Positions 26,901 through 41,899 of a stretch of 64,000 nt of DNA are shown here, in pieces; within the stretch, counting starts at the first letter, position 1; each line of letters opens with the position of its first letter. Under the pieces are notes generated by a model that worked only from the letters and a program-made list of their open reading frames with translations, made no database searches and had not been told where the DNA came from. The stretch lies in assembly GCF_009914755.1 (NCBI RefSeq), contig NC_060930.1; one strand, 5' to 3'. The DNA is from the human T2T-CHM13v2.0 reference genome, Homo sapiens. The translations under genes were made by a program, and so were the position numbers.

Positions 26901-27139
26901 ATCAATGTTCCTGTTGTTCCAATGCTTTCCAACGTTTGTGACTTTAAGACTTTAATGTTTTTTAATCTGATGAGTAAGAAATGGTATCTTCTATGACTTT
27001 AATCTTCACACCCCTTTTTACTAATGGGACTGACCATCTACTCATATATTTATTGGCCATTTGGTTTCATATTATCTGAATTTATGTTCATATGTTTTGC
27101 CCATTACTAACAGATTTAATTATCATTTTTTCTATCATT

Positions 27140-28180
27140 TAAAAAATTATTGTAGTAAAATATATGAAATATAAAATTTGCCATTTTAACCATTTGTAGT
27201 TGTACAACTCAGTGGCATTAAGTATATTCACAGTGTTGTGCACCCATTCCCACTATCTACTTCAGAACTTCTTCATCACCCCAAACAGAAACTCTATATC
27301 CATTAAGCAATAATTCTTCTCTCCTTCTTACCTCTCCCCACAGCCTCTAGTCACTTCTAATCTGCTTTCTGTCTCCATGAACTTGCCTATTATATATATA
27401 TATACACATAAATAAGATCATACAGTATTTTTCCTTTAGCATTTGGCTTATTTCACTTAGCATAATGTCTTCAAGTTCATTCATGTTGTAGTATGCATCA
27501 GAACTTCATTTCTTTTTTATGGCTGAATAATATTCCATTGCATATATGTACCACATTTTGTTGATCCTTTTATTGGCATATTTAGGGTGTCCACATTTTG
27601 GCTGTTCTGAAAAATACTGCAGTGAACAGTAACACACAAGTGTCTGAGTTCCTGTTTTCAAATCTTTTGAATGTATATTTAGGAGTGGAATTGCTGGGTC
27701 ATATGGTAATTCTAGGTTTAAATTTTGGAGGAGCTGCCAAACTACTTTCCACAGAACCTGTACCATTTTGCATTTCCATCGTAAACCTACAAGGTTACTA
27801 TTTCTCCATACCCTTACCAAACTTATTATTTTCTTTATTAACAAAATTGTAGCCATTCTAGTAGGTATGAAGTGGTATCTCATTGTGATTTTGATGTGCA
27901 TTTCCCTAATGACTAATGATATTGAGCATCTTTTCATGTGTTATTTGTATATCTTCTTTGAAGAAATGTCTATTCAACCTATTTGTCCATTTTTTAACAT
28001 AGATTGTCTTTTTGTTGTTGAGTCTTAGAAGTTCTTTATGTATTTGTATGCTAACCCCTCATCAGACATATGATTTGCAAAAATTTTCTACTGTAGGTTG
28101 TCTTTTCACTTGTTTGAAAATTTTCTTTGATGCACAAAGTTCTTAATTTTGATGAAGTCTAATTTGTCTGTTTATTGCTT
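27140..28180 (-). mobile_element. L1MB-type 3' fragment nested in the L1ME
   Basis: 'ataaaatttgccattttaaccatttgtagttgtacaactcagtggcattaagtatattcac...ccccaaacagaaactct'. ORF 27506..27937 is the L1 ORF2 C-terminus (MKRCSISLVIREM, ELPYDPAIPLL). Confidence 0.9.
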
Positions 28181-28439
28181 CAGTTAAACAATTTTTGTTT
28201 CTAATTGATTTTTAGTAATTCTCTCTCCATATGCTGGGCATGAATTCTACATTGATTTTATTCATTACAAATATCTTTCTCAAGTATGTGACTTCTCATT
28301 TACCCTTTTAAATAATTGTCTTTTGATGAGCAAAAGTATATATTTTAATTTTGTCATATTTATCCATATTTTAATTTGTGATTTATATTTTTAGTCTTTC
28401 CTTTAAGAGGTTCATCTTGTTCAAAGGTCAAAAAGACAT

Positions 28440-30643
28440 TGATATGGTTTGGCTATGTTCCCATACAAATCTCGTTTTGAATTTTAGTTCATATAATCCC
28501 CACGGGTCATGGGAGGGACCAGGTGAAGGTAATTGAATAATGGGAGTGGTTTCCCCCATCCTGTTCTCATGTTAGTGAGTAAGTTCTCATGAGATCTGAT
28601 GTTTTTATAAGCGGCTTCCCCCTTTGGTCAGCTCTTATTCTTCTTCTCCCTATTGCCATGTGAAGAAAAACTTGTTCACTTCCCCTTCCACCATGATTGC
28701 AAGTTTCCTGAGGCTTCCCCAGCCATGCTGTACTGTGAGTCAATTAAACCTCTTTCCTTTATAAATTACCCAGTCTTGGGTATCTCCTTAGTGCAAGAAT
28801 GGACTACTACAGTAAATTGGCATTGCAGAGAGTGGGGCACTCCTATAAAGATACTCAAAATGTGTAAGTGACTTTGGAACTGAGTAACTGAGGCAGAGGT
28901 TGGAACCTTGTGGTGGGCTCAGAAGAAGACAGGGAAATGTTGGAAAGTTTGTAACTTCCTAGAGACTTGTTGAATCGCTTTGACCTAAATGCTGATAGTG
29001 ATATAGACAATGACATCCAGGCTGAAGCGGTCTCAGATGGAGATGAGGAACTTGTTGGGAACTGGAGTAAAGGTCACTCTTGCTATGCAAAGAGACTGCC
29101 ATTATTTTGTCCCTGCCCTAGAGATCTGTGGAACTTTGAACTTGAGAGAGATGATTTAGGGTATCTGGTGGAAGAAATTTCTAAGCAGTAAAGCATTCAA
29201 AAGGAAGCAGAACATAAAAGTTTGGAAAATTTGCAGGCTGGTGATGGGATAAAAAAGAAAAACCAAATTTTCTGGGGAGAAATTCAAGCCTGCTGTAGAA
29301 ATTTGCATAAGTAACAAATCGCTGAATGTTAATCACTAAGACAATGGGTGATTGTCCATCGGCATTGGGTGAATGTCCGAGGGCATTGTCAAGAGACCTT
29401 CCCAGTAATCCCACCCATCATAGGCCCAGAGGCCTAGGAGGAAAAAATCGTTTTATGGGCTGGACCCAGGGCCCCCTCCTGTGTGCACCCTGGGGACTTG
29501 GTGCCCTGTGTCTTAGCTGTTCCAGCCATGGCTAAAAGGGGTCAAAGTACAGCTTGAGTTGTGACTTGAGAAGGTGCAAGCCCCAAGCCTTGGCAGCTTC
29601 CATGAGGTGTTGAGCCTGTGGATGCACAGAAGTCAATAACTGAGGTTTGGGAATCTCCACCTGGATTTCAGAGGATGTACGGAAATGACTTGATGTCCAG
29701 GCAGAAGTTTGCTGCAGGATCAGAACCTTCATGGGGAACCTCTGCTAGGGAAGTGTGGAAGGGAAATGTGAAGTTGGAGCCCTCACACAGAGTCTCCACT
29801 GGGACACTTAACACCAGAGTGTGAAAGCAGCTGGGAGGGGGCCTGTACCCCCCAAAGCCGCAGAGGTGGAGCTGTCCAAGGTCATGGAAGCCCACCTCTT
29901 GCATCATTGTGACCTGGATGTGAGACATGGAGTCAAAGGAGATCATTTTGGAACTTTAAGGTTTAATGACTGCCCTATGGATTTTAGACTTGCATGGGGC
30001 CTGTAGTCTCTTCATTTTGGCCAATTTCTCCAATTTGGAATGGGTGTATTTACCCAATGCCTGTACCCCCATTCTATCTAGGAAGTAACTAACTTGCTTT
30101 TGACTTTACAGGCTTATAGGTGGAAGGGACTTGCCTTGTCTCAGATGAGAGACTTGGACTTTTAAGTTAATGCTGGAATGAGTTAAGACTTTGGAGGACT
30201 GTTGGAAGGGCATGACTGTGTTTTGAAATGTGAGGACATGAGATTTGGGAGGGGTCAGGGGTGGAATGATATGGTTTGGTTGTATCTCCACCCAAATCTC
30301 ATCTTGAACTGTAGTTCCCATAATCCCCATGTTTCATGGGAGGGACCTTGTCAGGGGTAACTGAATCATGGGGCAGTTCCTCTCATATTGTTCTCATGAT
30401 AGTGAGTGAACTCTCATGAGATCTGATGGTTTTATAAGGGGTTTCCCCCTTCGCTCAGTTCTCATTCTTCTTCTCCCTGCCACCCTGTGAAGAAAGACAT
30501 GTTTGTTTCCCTTTCTGCCATGATTGCAATTTTCCTGAGACCTCCCCAGCCATGCTGAACTGTGAGTCAATTAAACCTCTTTTTCTTATAAATTACCTAC
30601 TCTTGGGTATGTTCTTACAACAATGTGAGAATGGACTAATACA
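28440..30643 (+). mobile_element. THE1 (THE1C/THE1D-like) ERVL-MaLR provirus: 5' LTR 28440-28811, internal 28812-30266, 3' LTR 30267-30643
   Basis: Both LTRs run TGATATGGTTTGG...GGACTA(c/a)TACA. Internal region begins 'gtaaattgg'; polypurine tract 'gggaggggtcaggggtggaa' precedes the 3' LTR. Degenerate TSD gacat/ggtat. Confidence 0.96.
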
Positions 30644-31736
30644 GGTATTACTCTATATTTTGCTTTCTAAATGTTTCAAAGTTTTGCTTTCTAATTTAGA
30701 TCTTTAATTCAGTTCCCCTCTTGATGTGTGTGGCAACATTAGGAACATCTGTTGACGTTCTTGTTGAATTTCAGGTGTCACTGCAAGTGCCCTACCAGCA
30801 ACATTTTACTTCCATCTCCTGCTTCTATCTGGTTCTTTCAGGTTGTCCTTATTGACTTCTGCTTTTTCTAGAAGGAGATTCATGGATTGCCTTTCTATAT
30901 CTCCTTCAGTCCAGTCCTGTTAGTATCTGACAGCATTGTGATAAAACTTCTTGCTTGTGCCTGTTAAAAATATAGCCTTTTCCACATAGTGTTTTCTATA
31001 CAATTTTATTAGGAATCTGGAAGACAGAAAATTAGGCAACTGTATTGGTGTCATCCCAAAGACTGTGCAGAGCCTTTTCTAATTGCCTTGGCCAATTGTG
31101 GTGTTGCTTGGAAGAGGAGACCAGGCACCACTGTGGTCCTTCCTGATCTTGACATTTCAGAAATAGAATATCCCTTATTAGAAGCATGGCATATACAACT
31201 TGTTTTATAAGATGAACTTTTTTTCCCTTCTAGTCAGATGTCAGCTGGATCCTTGTATTTTCATAAATTACACAGTTTATTTGACAAAGGCTAATCAATA
31301 CTCTTTCAGAATCCTAATTTCTATCTATACCTGCATCTTGTATTGAAAGACGAAAATAACTGATAGCACTGAACATTTTATGCTGGGAGAGAAATGATCA
31401 CTACTCATTTTCCCTGTGGATGGCAGAGAATCACGTGAACAGAGGAATGGGAAAGAACATTGATTTTGGAGTTTGAAACATCTAGCTTTTTGAAAATGGT
31501 ATAAGTAAACATCAGTTGCAATGACTGCAGCTGAAAGAATCATGACTGCCTGTCATTTTCTTTAATAAGCTTCAAAACATCCATGATTGGGAAGTCATGG
31601 GAAAAGTTAAAGGGATTCATCTGGGACTTTGGAGATCTGGATTATCACTCTGACTCTCCTTAGTAGGTGAGTATGTTCTCTACATATTATCTCTGGGTCA
31701 TTCTCTACCTTGTTTGCATTGCTGTTACTACAAGAT

Positions 31737-32035
<299 letters not shown>

Positions 32036-33368
32036 TAGCAAGGTTTTTGAGAAGATCACACAAGGCAATGCATGGGAAAATGTCTCATGAACCGTAAAGC
32101 ACAGGCCATAAGATGGGTATTGTAATGTCCAGCTGATGAGATGAGAGCAACTGCTCCTGGCTGAGTTAGAAGTTACCTGAAAGTCACAACTAATTAAGGT
32201 GTTATTTTTAAATTTTCAAACTTTCTTCATATTATTTTTCAGGACTCTACGTATCTAGCCATATGTACAAAAAATCCCTAAAACACGTACCTGACGTTTT
32301 AGATGAAAGGTGAAATGAGCAGTTTACTCTATGGACACACGAGGAGAAAATGGACTATAGAGACCCTGCAGCAGTCCTGGGAGTGAGTGCAAGCACAGAA
32401 CCTTGCAAGAAGGAAAATGGAGGAGGATCCGTCCGGGGATGGATATCATGCCACTGTGTTTCCCAACCTTTCTGTTTCCAGCCAGTCTTTTAGAGGAGGT
32501 CCTGCCCTGTGTAACTTATTATGGATTTGAGGTTACAAAAATATGATCATTCTTGGCAAAGTATCCCAGATGCTGGGAGAACAACTGCAGAATAAGCTAC
32601 TCTGTAGAATGATTTGATTCAAAGTATGTCCAATTTCTACCCAGTCGAAGGCTCCTGAAATGTTTGTATCATCTGTGGGCTCTGAGCTACTCCAGTCCAG
32701 GGTTTCAGATGCTGGCAGGCATTTCCCTTTATTAAATCAGTCTTAAAGGTTTGCCATATGCACTTCAATCAAACCTTTCCCCCACACATGCTCCCATAAA
32801 ATTGCTGCTCTACAGCAAATCTTTTCAACCACACTCATGTAAATGTGGCTTTTTCTATGAATAGAAGAGAAAGAATACGTTTAAAATCTGGTTCAATAGC
32901 AACTTTATATACCCCACTGAGCTTTATGCCATGCCATGGGATACTGCTGCTTAATTCTCAGGAGGTTGTCAGTTGATATCTGGTCAGGCCATATATATAG
33001 TCAGATCCCATTATGCCATAGGGTTGGGGCTCAGGGATAAAATTCATTTTATAGATTTCCTACTCTAAGTTTCATTTCTCCAAACTTTATAGCTTTCAAA
33101 GTGTTGGGTTTTTTTTACACCCAGGTAATGTAGGCAGAGCAGACGTTATTATCTGTATTTTATAGATACAAAAACTAAGGCTTAGTTATGTCTTGGAGAT
33201 GTTAAATATAGTTCACTCTACTACATTCAGTAGGACTTTTTTACTATATTATTTTATGTAACTTATTTTCTGGTTCTGTAATGTATTGTAGCTTAATCTT
33301 TGAACCATGTCTGGCCAAAATCATAGGAGTCAGACCTGTATCCTTTTTAACTCTTTGAAATTATAGCG

Positions 33369-33474
33369 ATATATATATATATATACACACCCATATATAT
33401 ATACACACACATATATATATACATATATATGTATATATATATCACTACATATATCCAAATATATATACATATAT
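33369..33474. repeat. (TA)n/(CA)n compound microsatellite
   Basis: Read directly. Confidence 0.9.
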
Positions 33475-34939
33475 TTGCAAATATAATAAGCTGATATATT
33501 TCTCATTCCCCTTCAATCATAATGTCCTACAAAAGGCAAGGCAGACACCTCTTAGAACAAATCAGTCCACAAGGTAGAGGAGGGGGATATGACCTTCAGG
33601 ATTTCCTCACCAAGTAGGAAGCAGAAGAGAAAGTCCTGTAGTACTGGGAGGGGAAAGAGAATATCTTAGTTCCTTAGGAGTAGGTTGGAGAGGCAGCTGA
33701 CCTGTTGGAACAGCGGTAGGTTGAGCTTGATGCTAATAGTGGCAGGAGGTGATTTGGCCACGGTTAGGGATGCATTGAGGCAGATGGACCTGACATTGCT
33801 CTGTCTTCAAAGCCAGTGGGTGGGATGCAGAGTATCCCAAAGTTCCCGTGGGGCCTCTTGGAGAAATATCCAGTTGTAGAAGGGGTCAGCAGGTCTGGGT
33901 CAGGATCAGGAGGTACACTCAACTATAATAGGCAACATTGACTACAGACTTCAGCAGCTGCTCCAGCACATTGCTGCCACAGGTTGTCACAACCCAGGAC
34001 TTTGGGGCCCAAAGCTGAGAAGACACTCTGCTGATTAAGCCCCACCTCCCAGCCCCATTACACTGAGGACTGGTAAGCTACTTTTTATATCCACATGACA
34101 TCTTCTCTTCAAAAAAGTACAGGTGTCATAAAGAAAACTTGAGAGACGAGTATTTTTCCAAATGAGACTTTAAAAAGTTCTTTTAAACCAGCGTGGACAG
34201 AGAAACCTTTAATTCATTAGTTTAAAATTCCTTCTTTAATCGCCTCCATCACCACCTTCCCTATTCCCCCAATTCCCAGGGAGATGGGGGTGCTCATCAG
34301 TTTAGTTCAGCTTTAGGGATACAAAGAAAGTTACTGTTTTTGGTATAACTGAATTTTAGGAGATGAATTGTGTGAGTTGTTCACCTTGTTATAATAGGAG
34401 AGAAAAATATTTCATAGGTAGTGGAGCTGAAGGCTATGTTAAAAGTTAGCATATATGACAACCTTGGAAACGATAGGAAACCATAGGTATTTCTCCTTTC
34501 TTGTATTTTCTTTCAGTCTTGCTTGCCTAAAGATCTATTATATTATGATTGTCTGTGAAAATGCCTTCCTCCAGGAGGGCTGTCCTGGAGCCCACAAAGT
34601 GTGCCTCCAAGGGTTCCTTGGTTTCTCGATTTAATTACCATAAGACCTTTTGCAGCTGCCCCATGGTGTTTCCAGGCTTTCCAGAAGCTGTGCTGTAAAT
34701 CTTCCACCCACTGACACCTTTTGTATATCTCTCAGCCAGAATAATTGGGAAGAAAATTATGTTCATGTTATTTCAGTTGGAGAAAGTGCTAATAATTCAG
34801 GGATCTGTGCAGTGGGACATAGAAATCCATTACTTTTAGGGTTAGCTCTATATTCCATTGACCTTGGGCAAGTCCCTGGGCTACTGTGAAATGGATGGGC
34901 TAGGTGATTTTAAATGTCCTCATTTATGATTTGTTTGAT

Positions 34940-35050
34940 TTGCTTATTCATTTAACACACATGTATTAAATGCCTACTGTGTGCAATCCTAGGTGCTAGG
35001 ATGTGTTCAGTCAGATGGGCATGGTCATTGACTTCATGGTGCTTTTATAT
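34940..35050 (-). mobile_element. L2 3' end
   Basis: 'attcatttaacacacatgtattaaatgcctactgtgtgcaatcctaggtgctagga'. Confidence 0.7.
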
Positions 35051-35938
35051 GGATAGATAAATTCAGAAACTCTACAATAGATTATAAAATGACATTCCCA
35101 CATAAAACCATGAGACAAACCCTTATTCCTTTATAATAGAATTAGCTTTTCACAGCAATACTTTCACTTCAAACTTTCCTGCGCATTCTGAACCAACTCT
35201 TTCACAAGTTCAGTGTTTGGTGCTCAAAAAAGGCATTGGAGGCTGCATAGAGGCCTCAGCACAGATACAGCTGGCAGAAGGACTGTCTTTAGGGATTAGG
35301 GAAAAATAGTGAAAGTGATCAAGAGATGAGCACCTATTATACACTAAGTATAGCACTATGGGTTTTACATGTGTTATCTCAGTTTGGGAGGTTCAATCCC
35401 ATTGCTCTTGGTCCTGAACTCCCAAGTAAACTGTAGATGGTTTTCCATTAGAGCTTTCTGTCTTCTTTGCCATGCCATCTGTTCCTATTTAGTAAAATAC
35501 AGCACAAGAGGCCACCACATGGACTAAATGAAAGAGAAAGGGTAAGGGGAAGAGAGCTTCTTGGTGAAGAAAGGGTGCATATGAGGGAGAAACAGATGGG
35601 AAGAGTAATACCAGTGAGCTCACCTCTTAATTTAATAAGAAAAGGCCATTTTATAGCCATCTCTATTATTTTGAAGTAATGAAACATTTTCCAAAGTGAG
35701 AAATCATGTCATCTGTTGTGCTTCAGTAGGCTTAATCTAAAGAGAAGCAAAGTATTTCATATGTTTTTATGAGAAACTTTGAAAAAAAAAAACAATGACT
35801 AACCATCTGGTATATTTTTAAATCTGCTCTGGAATGTATATTTTACATATTTTCTGGATTGTCGTATTTTACTGCCAAGCATGCTTGCAAATACCCCTAT
35901 TTCAGAGCCGCATGATCAGATGGTTGCTGGAAGAGTAC

Positions 35939-35960
35939 AAAAAAAAAAAAAAAAAAAAAA
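35939..35960. repeat. poly(A)22
   Basis: Read directly. Confidence 0.95.
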
Positions 35961-36583
35961 GAAACCAACAAAACCCCTACACCCCCATGACAGTATTTTG
36001 CCCATCCTTTATTCAGAATGCTTAGCCAAAAAGAATCTCAACTGGGGCATATACACCTAAAATATTCATGAATAACTCGCGTGTGGGAAAACCTCCCTCA
36101 ATGAACCTCAAATAGTTCATTTTCTGAAAGCATACTCTTTACCTTCTGGGGAGGGGTCAACATTTATACACAATGGTTTAGATAGGATAAAAATATAAGA
36201 AAAAACTTTATTTTCTTTATTTGATGCTCCTTTTCGAGCTCCTGAAAATGGTTGAAAAAGCTTACATTTATAAAGACATCTTGGTTTTATACTTTGAGTA
36301 AATATTCAGTTGATTTAAAATTCAAACTCTATCACTGTTGTTTCTCCCCTTTCAAAGGGTCTACTGTCCTTTCCAAAGAGGGCATCAGGTAAAAGAGAAG
36401 GTGGACCTTATGCCCGTGGGGTGGAAGCTTTGGCCTGCTTGGTGTCTTCTGCGAGGTCCCTGGATAGCCCTTTCGACTTCCCTAGTCACTGACATCTGCT
36501 GAGTGTGGCTTGTCCTGTCTGGCCTGTTTGTATGCTGTGTGGTAGCTGCTGCTGCTACTTGAAATTTTTCCACCACCTGCAAT

Positions 36584-36773
36584 CAGGACTGGCAACATAA
36601 TTTGTGAGACCCAGTGCAAAATGAAAATGTGAGACCCTTTGTTCAAAAATTAACAATTTCCAGATGACTACAGTAGAGCATTAAATCAAGCACAGGGCTC
36701 TTCTGAGCACAGGGTTCTTTTACAATTCTCTGTTATACTCACTCTCCAGAGTAACTCCACTATAACCGGCCTG
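36584..36773 (-). mobile_element. MER45A (hAT-Tip100)
   Basis: 'caggactggcaacataatttgtgagacccagtgcaaaatgaaaatgtgagaccctttgttcaaaaatta...gagcattaaatcaagcacagggctcttctgagc' is the reverse complement of the MER45A consensus. Right end uncertain. Confidence 0.82.
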
Positions 36774-38124
36774 GCAAGGAGACCGCTCTAAGTCTTTAGG
36801 AGATCAGGGAGGGAGAGAAGCTGAGTGAAAGAAGAGATTTTTTTTTTTTTCAAGTGAGGTGAGCAAGAGCATGGATACACGTTAATGAGTCTTGTCCTTG
36901 ACATACACTTTGTCACTGAATTCTTACTTGCTAAACTTGTCGATGGTTGCTCTAAACCAAGTTTTCTGTAATTTACTGTCTCTTTTTGCAAAGGTCAGTG
37001 TCCTCTTATTTAGGTGGCTGTTTTCTCCGTGTTGTGGAAACAAGGATTTTAAAGCCCTTTATAGGAAAGAGTTTCATCCTTTTGCATTTTAGCTAGACAT
37101 AGATCCTCCTCCTTTGAGTGTCCTGGCCCTTTCATATTAACACCATTAAAACTCCTCCCTCTGCAGCCACTCCCCGCATGCCCTAAATTTAGAAAATTTG
37201 TCTTAAAACACCAAGCTTTAATATTTTACATTATTTTTGTGCACTGTCTTCAGTGTGGGGTGGGAAGCATTTCCTTTCCTTGGGATGGAAATAATATTTT
37301 GTTGTATAAGGGCTAGTATGTTAAAGATACTTTATTAAGCATTCAGAATCCAAGTGAATCCTTTTATTGGGGATGGACCTATCTTGCTTTTATAAGAAGG
37401 AAATACACTTATGATTTAACTCCATTAGAACATAATAAAACCTAGATCTGTCTCTTATATTGTATAGATATGTACATAGGGAGTTGAAATAAGATTAAAA
37501 TATTTTGACAGAAAACTGGGTGGCAATTCACCATAACATTGAATGCCATTTTTTTTTAATTCAAAGGGTTAGTCAGTCACAAATTACATATTGTTATGCT
37601 AACAGTATCTTATCTAATGATAAAAATTCAGTGTCAATGTCTTAGCTCTAAGGGCCAATGCTTCAGTGTAAAATTAACAGAGCATCTTTATTTTGCAGTT
37701 CACTATTTACTTGGAACAGGGTGCAATAGGAAAAAAAATCTGTGGAGCCCCACACCAGTAGTAATACCTAAAATTATAGACAAAGAGGTGAAATAAGGTG
37801 GCCAGCTACTCTGTTTGATTTGTCAGCAGCTAACAGCAGCTTCTTAATACCATAATTCAAATTCATGCATTTTATGCACAGGCAGCTGATTTTGATATTT
37901 CTAGGAATAAAAATGTTTTATCCAACAGATGTATTTAATATTTGGAAAAATGTGCTAATGTATAGCTGAAAGATACTGCAAGGGGTTGAGCATGTAGATT
38001 TTTAAAAGTCACTCATCAGCAATATTGTTCCAATTAAAAATATGATTGGTAATTTCCAGATTTCCCCTTTACTCACCTTCCAATGCCCCTGTTTTCTCCA
38101 CATACTAGTGAAATGGTAGCAGAT

Positions 38125-38450
38125 TTCCATTCATTAATCAAATCCCTCAAAATGCTTCTTAAATCTGAGCGTTTCTTTACCTCTGCCCACCATCAGTGTT
38201 TAGGTTCCTGTTGTTTCAGTCCTTCACACTTAAGCAAGACTCTTTGTCTTCTTCTCTTCACTCTTATTCTTAGCTAATTTATCCCATATACAGATGCCAT
38301 ACTGATCTTCTGGAAGTGACACTCAATTGTACTATTATTCTACTCAGAAACCTTAAAGATGTCTTAGAGCCCAGAGAATAAAATCCAACTTCCTTATACT
38401 GGCATTTAGTCCCTACATAATTTGGCCCCAGCAGCCTCCTTAATCTATAT
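38125..38450 (+). mobile_element. L2 fragment
   Basis: 'ctactcagaaacctt...agaataaaatccaacttccttatactggcattt...ccctacataatttggcccca'. Confidence 0.65.
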
Positions 38451-38984
38451 TCACCTAGCCCCTGATCTCTCCAAGGAATAATCTTACATTTTATTTCAGA
38501 TTAGTTGGTTGACAACTACCCAAGCATGCTTCCGCCCTTGTGTGTGTTTTGCGTAGTGTTCCTTCATCATCCAAAGGGTGCTCCCACCACCCCACCACGT
38601 ATCCAGGTCATTGCCAGTCTCTAAACTCGGCTGAAGTGCTCTCTGCTCTGTGGAACTTTTTTCCATCACCTGGGACAACAGGTATTTTGGTTCTTAAAAT
38701 TTACTCAACCGATGATCATTAAGCTCCTTGTACATGACAAGCCCTACGGATGTAACATACAGACACAGTCTGTATGCTCATGGAGGTTCCAGTCTAGAAA
38801 AAACCTGGTGTGAAACAGGGAAAATCTCTCCATTTCTAGAGCATCAATTATCTATGAACTAATTAGGATACAAAATCTCTTATATCATGGAGTATATATT
38901 GATATCTCATTTCTGTCTTTGATTGACCACTTTGAGACCAGAAACCATGTGTCTTACCTGCAGCGCCAAATAAGAGGCAAGGTT

Positions 38985-39400
38985 GCATGTCGGGAAATAG
39001 AGCAGGCCTGCAGCCAGACTGCAGGTGTTTCGCTTGGCTCTGATCCTCGCTGCTTTTGTAGACCTGGGTAAGTTACTCATTAACCTCTCACATCGCCTCT
39101 TTAACAAGGAGCATAATAACAGTGCCTACCAAGACAGATGGTGGTAAACATGAAGTGATTTCACATGTGTAAGGTGCTTCAAACAAAGTGGGGCACATAT
39201 ACTAGGTGTTGAGTAAATGTTAGTTTTTGTAATTATTTTTATAATGCCACAGGCTGTGTGGCCTTAGGCAAATCATTTAACTTCACAGTAGCTTCTTTAT
39301 CCCTTCCATAAAATAAGGATAATGATGTTAGCCAGATAAAGGCCCATGTGTGTGTTTGAGGAAATGAGATAAAAGATGAAAGTGCTTGGAAAATTGGTGC
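38985..39400 (+). mobile_element. Two adjacent MIR elements (about 38985-39230 and 39245-39400)
   Basis: Two MIR cores ('gacctgggtaagttac', 'ggccttaggcaaatcatttaac'), each followed by a MIR 3' part. Confidence 0.7.
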
Positions 39401-40760
39401 ATGTTATAGAAACGTAGGGCTCATTCATGAGCTCATGCTGGTGTCTGAGGAAAATCACCACATTCTGGTCTTTACAGAGTCTACAGTCCAATAGGAACAG
39501 TGGACAAGACCATTAAAGAAGGATTTACAGCGCACTGTGCTTAGCAAGGGGACAGGGAAGAAGGGAACTCTTCAAGTATCCAGCAGGAACATCCCAAATA
39601 GGCCTGGGATGGTGATGGTCAGAGAAGGCTCATCCAAGAGGGAACAATGTATGTAGAAGCCTGGAAAATTGTGAGTTGGGCTTGTTTGAACAACAAAACA
39701 AAGTTCAGTGTAGCAGCACATTGAGCACGGGCACAGCAGTAGCAGGAAAGTGAACGTTACGCTGGGATGACTACATAATTTTAGGGTCCAGTTCAGTGTG
39801 AAAATGCGTAACATTTCACATTTTCAAAGCAGGGGGAAAAAGCCTCTTCCTTTCTTTCCCTTCTCTGTCTTGACCTGTTTTTAAATTTGCGATTTAATGT
39901 TGTGCTCCTTTGGGCACAGGGATACACTTGCTGGATGATTGCAGACCCTTTCAGGTGTTAGGGGGTGTCCTAGTCTGCAACTCCAAGTGCATGAGCCTGA
40001 CTTCAGCCCTCCCTGCACCTGTGCCTCGACCTCCGCTGCAGGCAGACAGAGGGCTGCAGTGGTTGTTAGGTGGGGCCTGGGGGCTTTCAACTGAGAATCC
40101 TTCCTGGGGAAGTGAAGGGGCACTGCCATTTGGGAGATAAGTATCTAAGACCTCTGTGCAGGCCTTGTTGTCTACTCAGCCTTCATTTACAAAATACCTA
40201 TTCAAAGATAAGATTATTAAGAATTTTAAGATGATGACCCTCTGCCTGCACTGTTGGTATGTGATTATTTTCTTATATTGTAGGGATAATGTGTAGACAC
40301 AGCACAAATATATGCAATGGCTAATCAATGGTCATTGAGTCACTTCAGAGAGTTGGTATTTTTAATTTTTTTTTTTTAAACAATTAAGAGATAGGGCAGT
40401 AAAGAGGTGAGTAAATATGTGGGGAAAAAGATATGGAAGATCATACAGCAGTGTGAAAGTTTGAAAGTGGTTTCCTCCAAATAGAAGCATTCTCTCTTTG
40501 CCTTCTTTATAATGGTTCTAAAATAAACATTAATTTTATAACAAGAAAAAATAAGTTATATAATTTTTTATTAAAAAGCTCTGGAAACGTTTTTCTCTAG
40601 TACTGTTCAGATAAAGGAAGGCTCTGAAAGATGTGTGTTCCTAGCAGAAATGATCAGCCCGGCTCTGCCCCAATCTGACAAAGATCACCATCATTGTGTT
40701 TCTAGAAGAAACCCAATTTGGCCATTTTTTAAAAATAAAAATATATTTGGATTTGGTTGC

Positions 40761-41653
<893 letters not shown>

Positions 41654-41899
41654 GCACTAGAACAATAATTTATTTTTGTTTCTATGTTTAAAAATGAGGT
41701 GAGAAAGTGGTAGACTATTATTTTATGTTAGGAAAAATATTTTGAGATAAAATGAAAGGGCAGGGGGGATTTGAGCAGAGCAAGAACATATCTTACTCCT
41801 TGGAAGGTAGAGGACTCATATTTTTATGTCAAAGTTTGTGTTTTAGGAATTCAGCTTCAGAAATGTCAAAATAAATGGGTGGCAGCTCTAAACAAGGTT

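Larger units (their letters stand above)
26230..30712 (-). mobile_element. Old L1ME-type element (pieces about 26230-27110, 28190-28439, 30644-30712) hosting an L1MB and a THE1 provirus
   Basis: L1ME-like 3'UTR at 26.25-26.6 kb and ORF2 C-terminal antisense blocks. The host reads through across the THE1 ('aaaggtcaaaaagacat'|'ggtattactctatattt'). Confidence 0.7.

Noticed and set aside
28653-30330. Several 60-90 aa ORFs in the THE1 element
   Set aside because: Fragments of the decayed MaLR LTR and internal region, with no continuous frame.
33520-34100. Purine/GC-richer block that might be an ancient LTR (similar impressions at 39870-40140, 48500-49100 and 60940-61330)
   Set aside because: I cannot match a consensus or find TSDs by eye; a Dfam search is needed.
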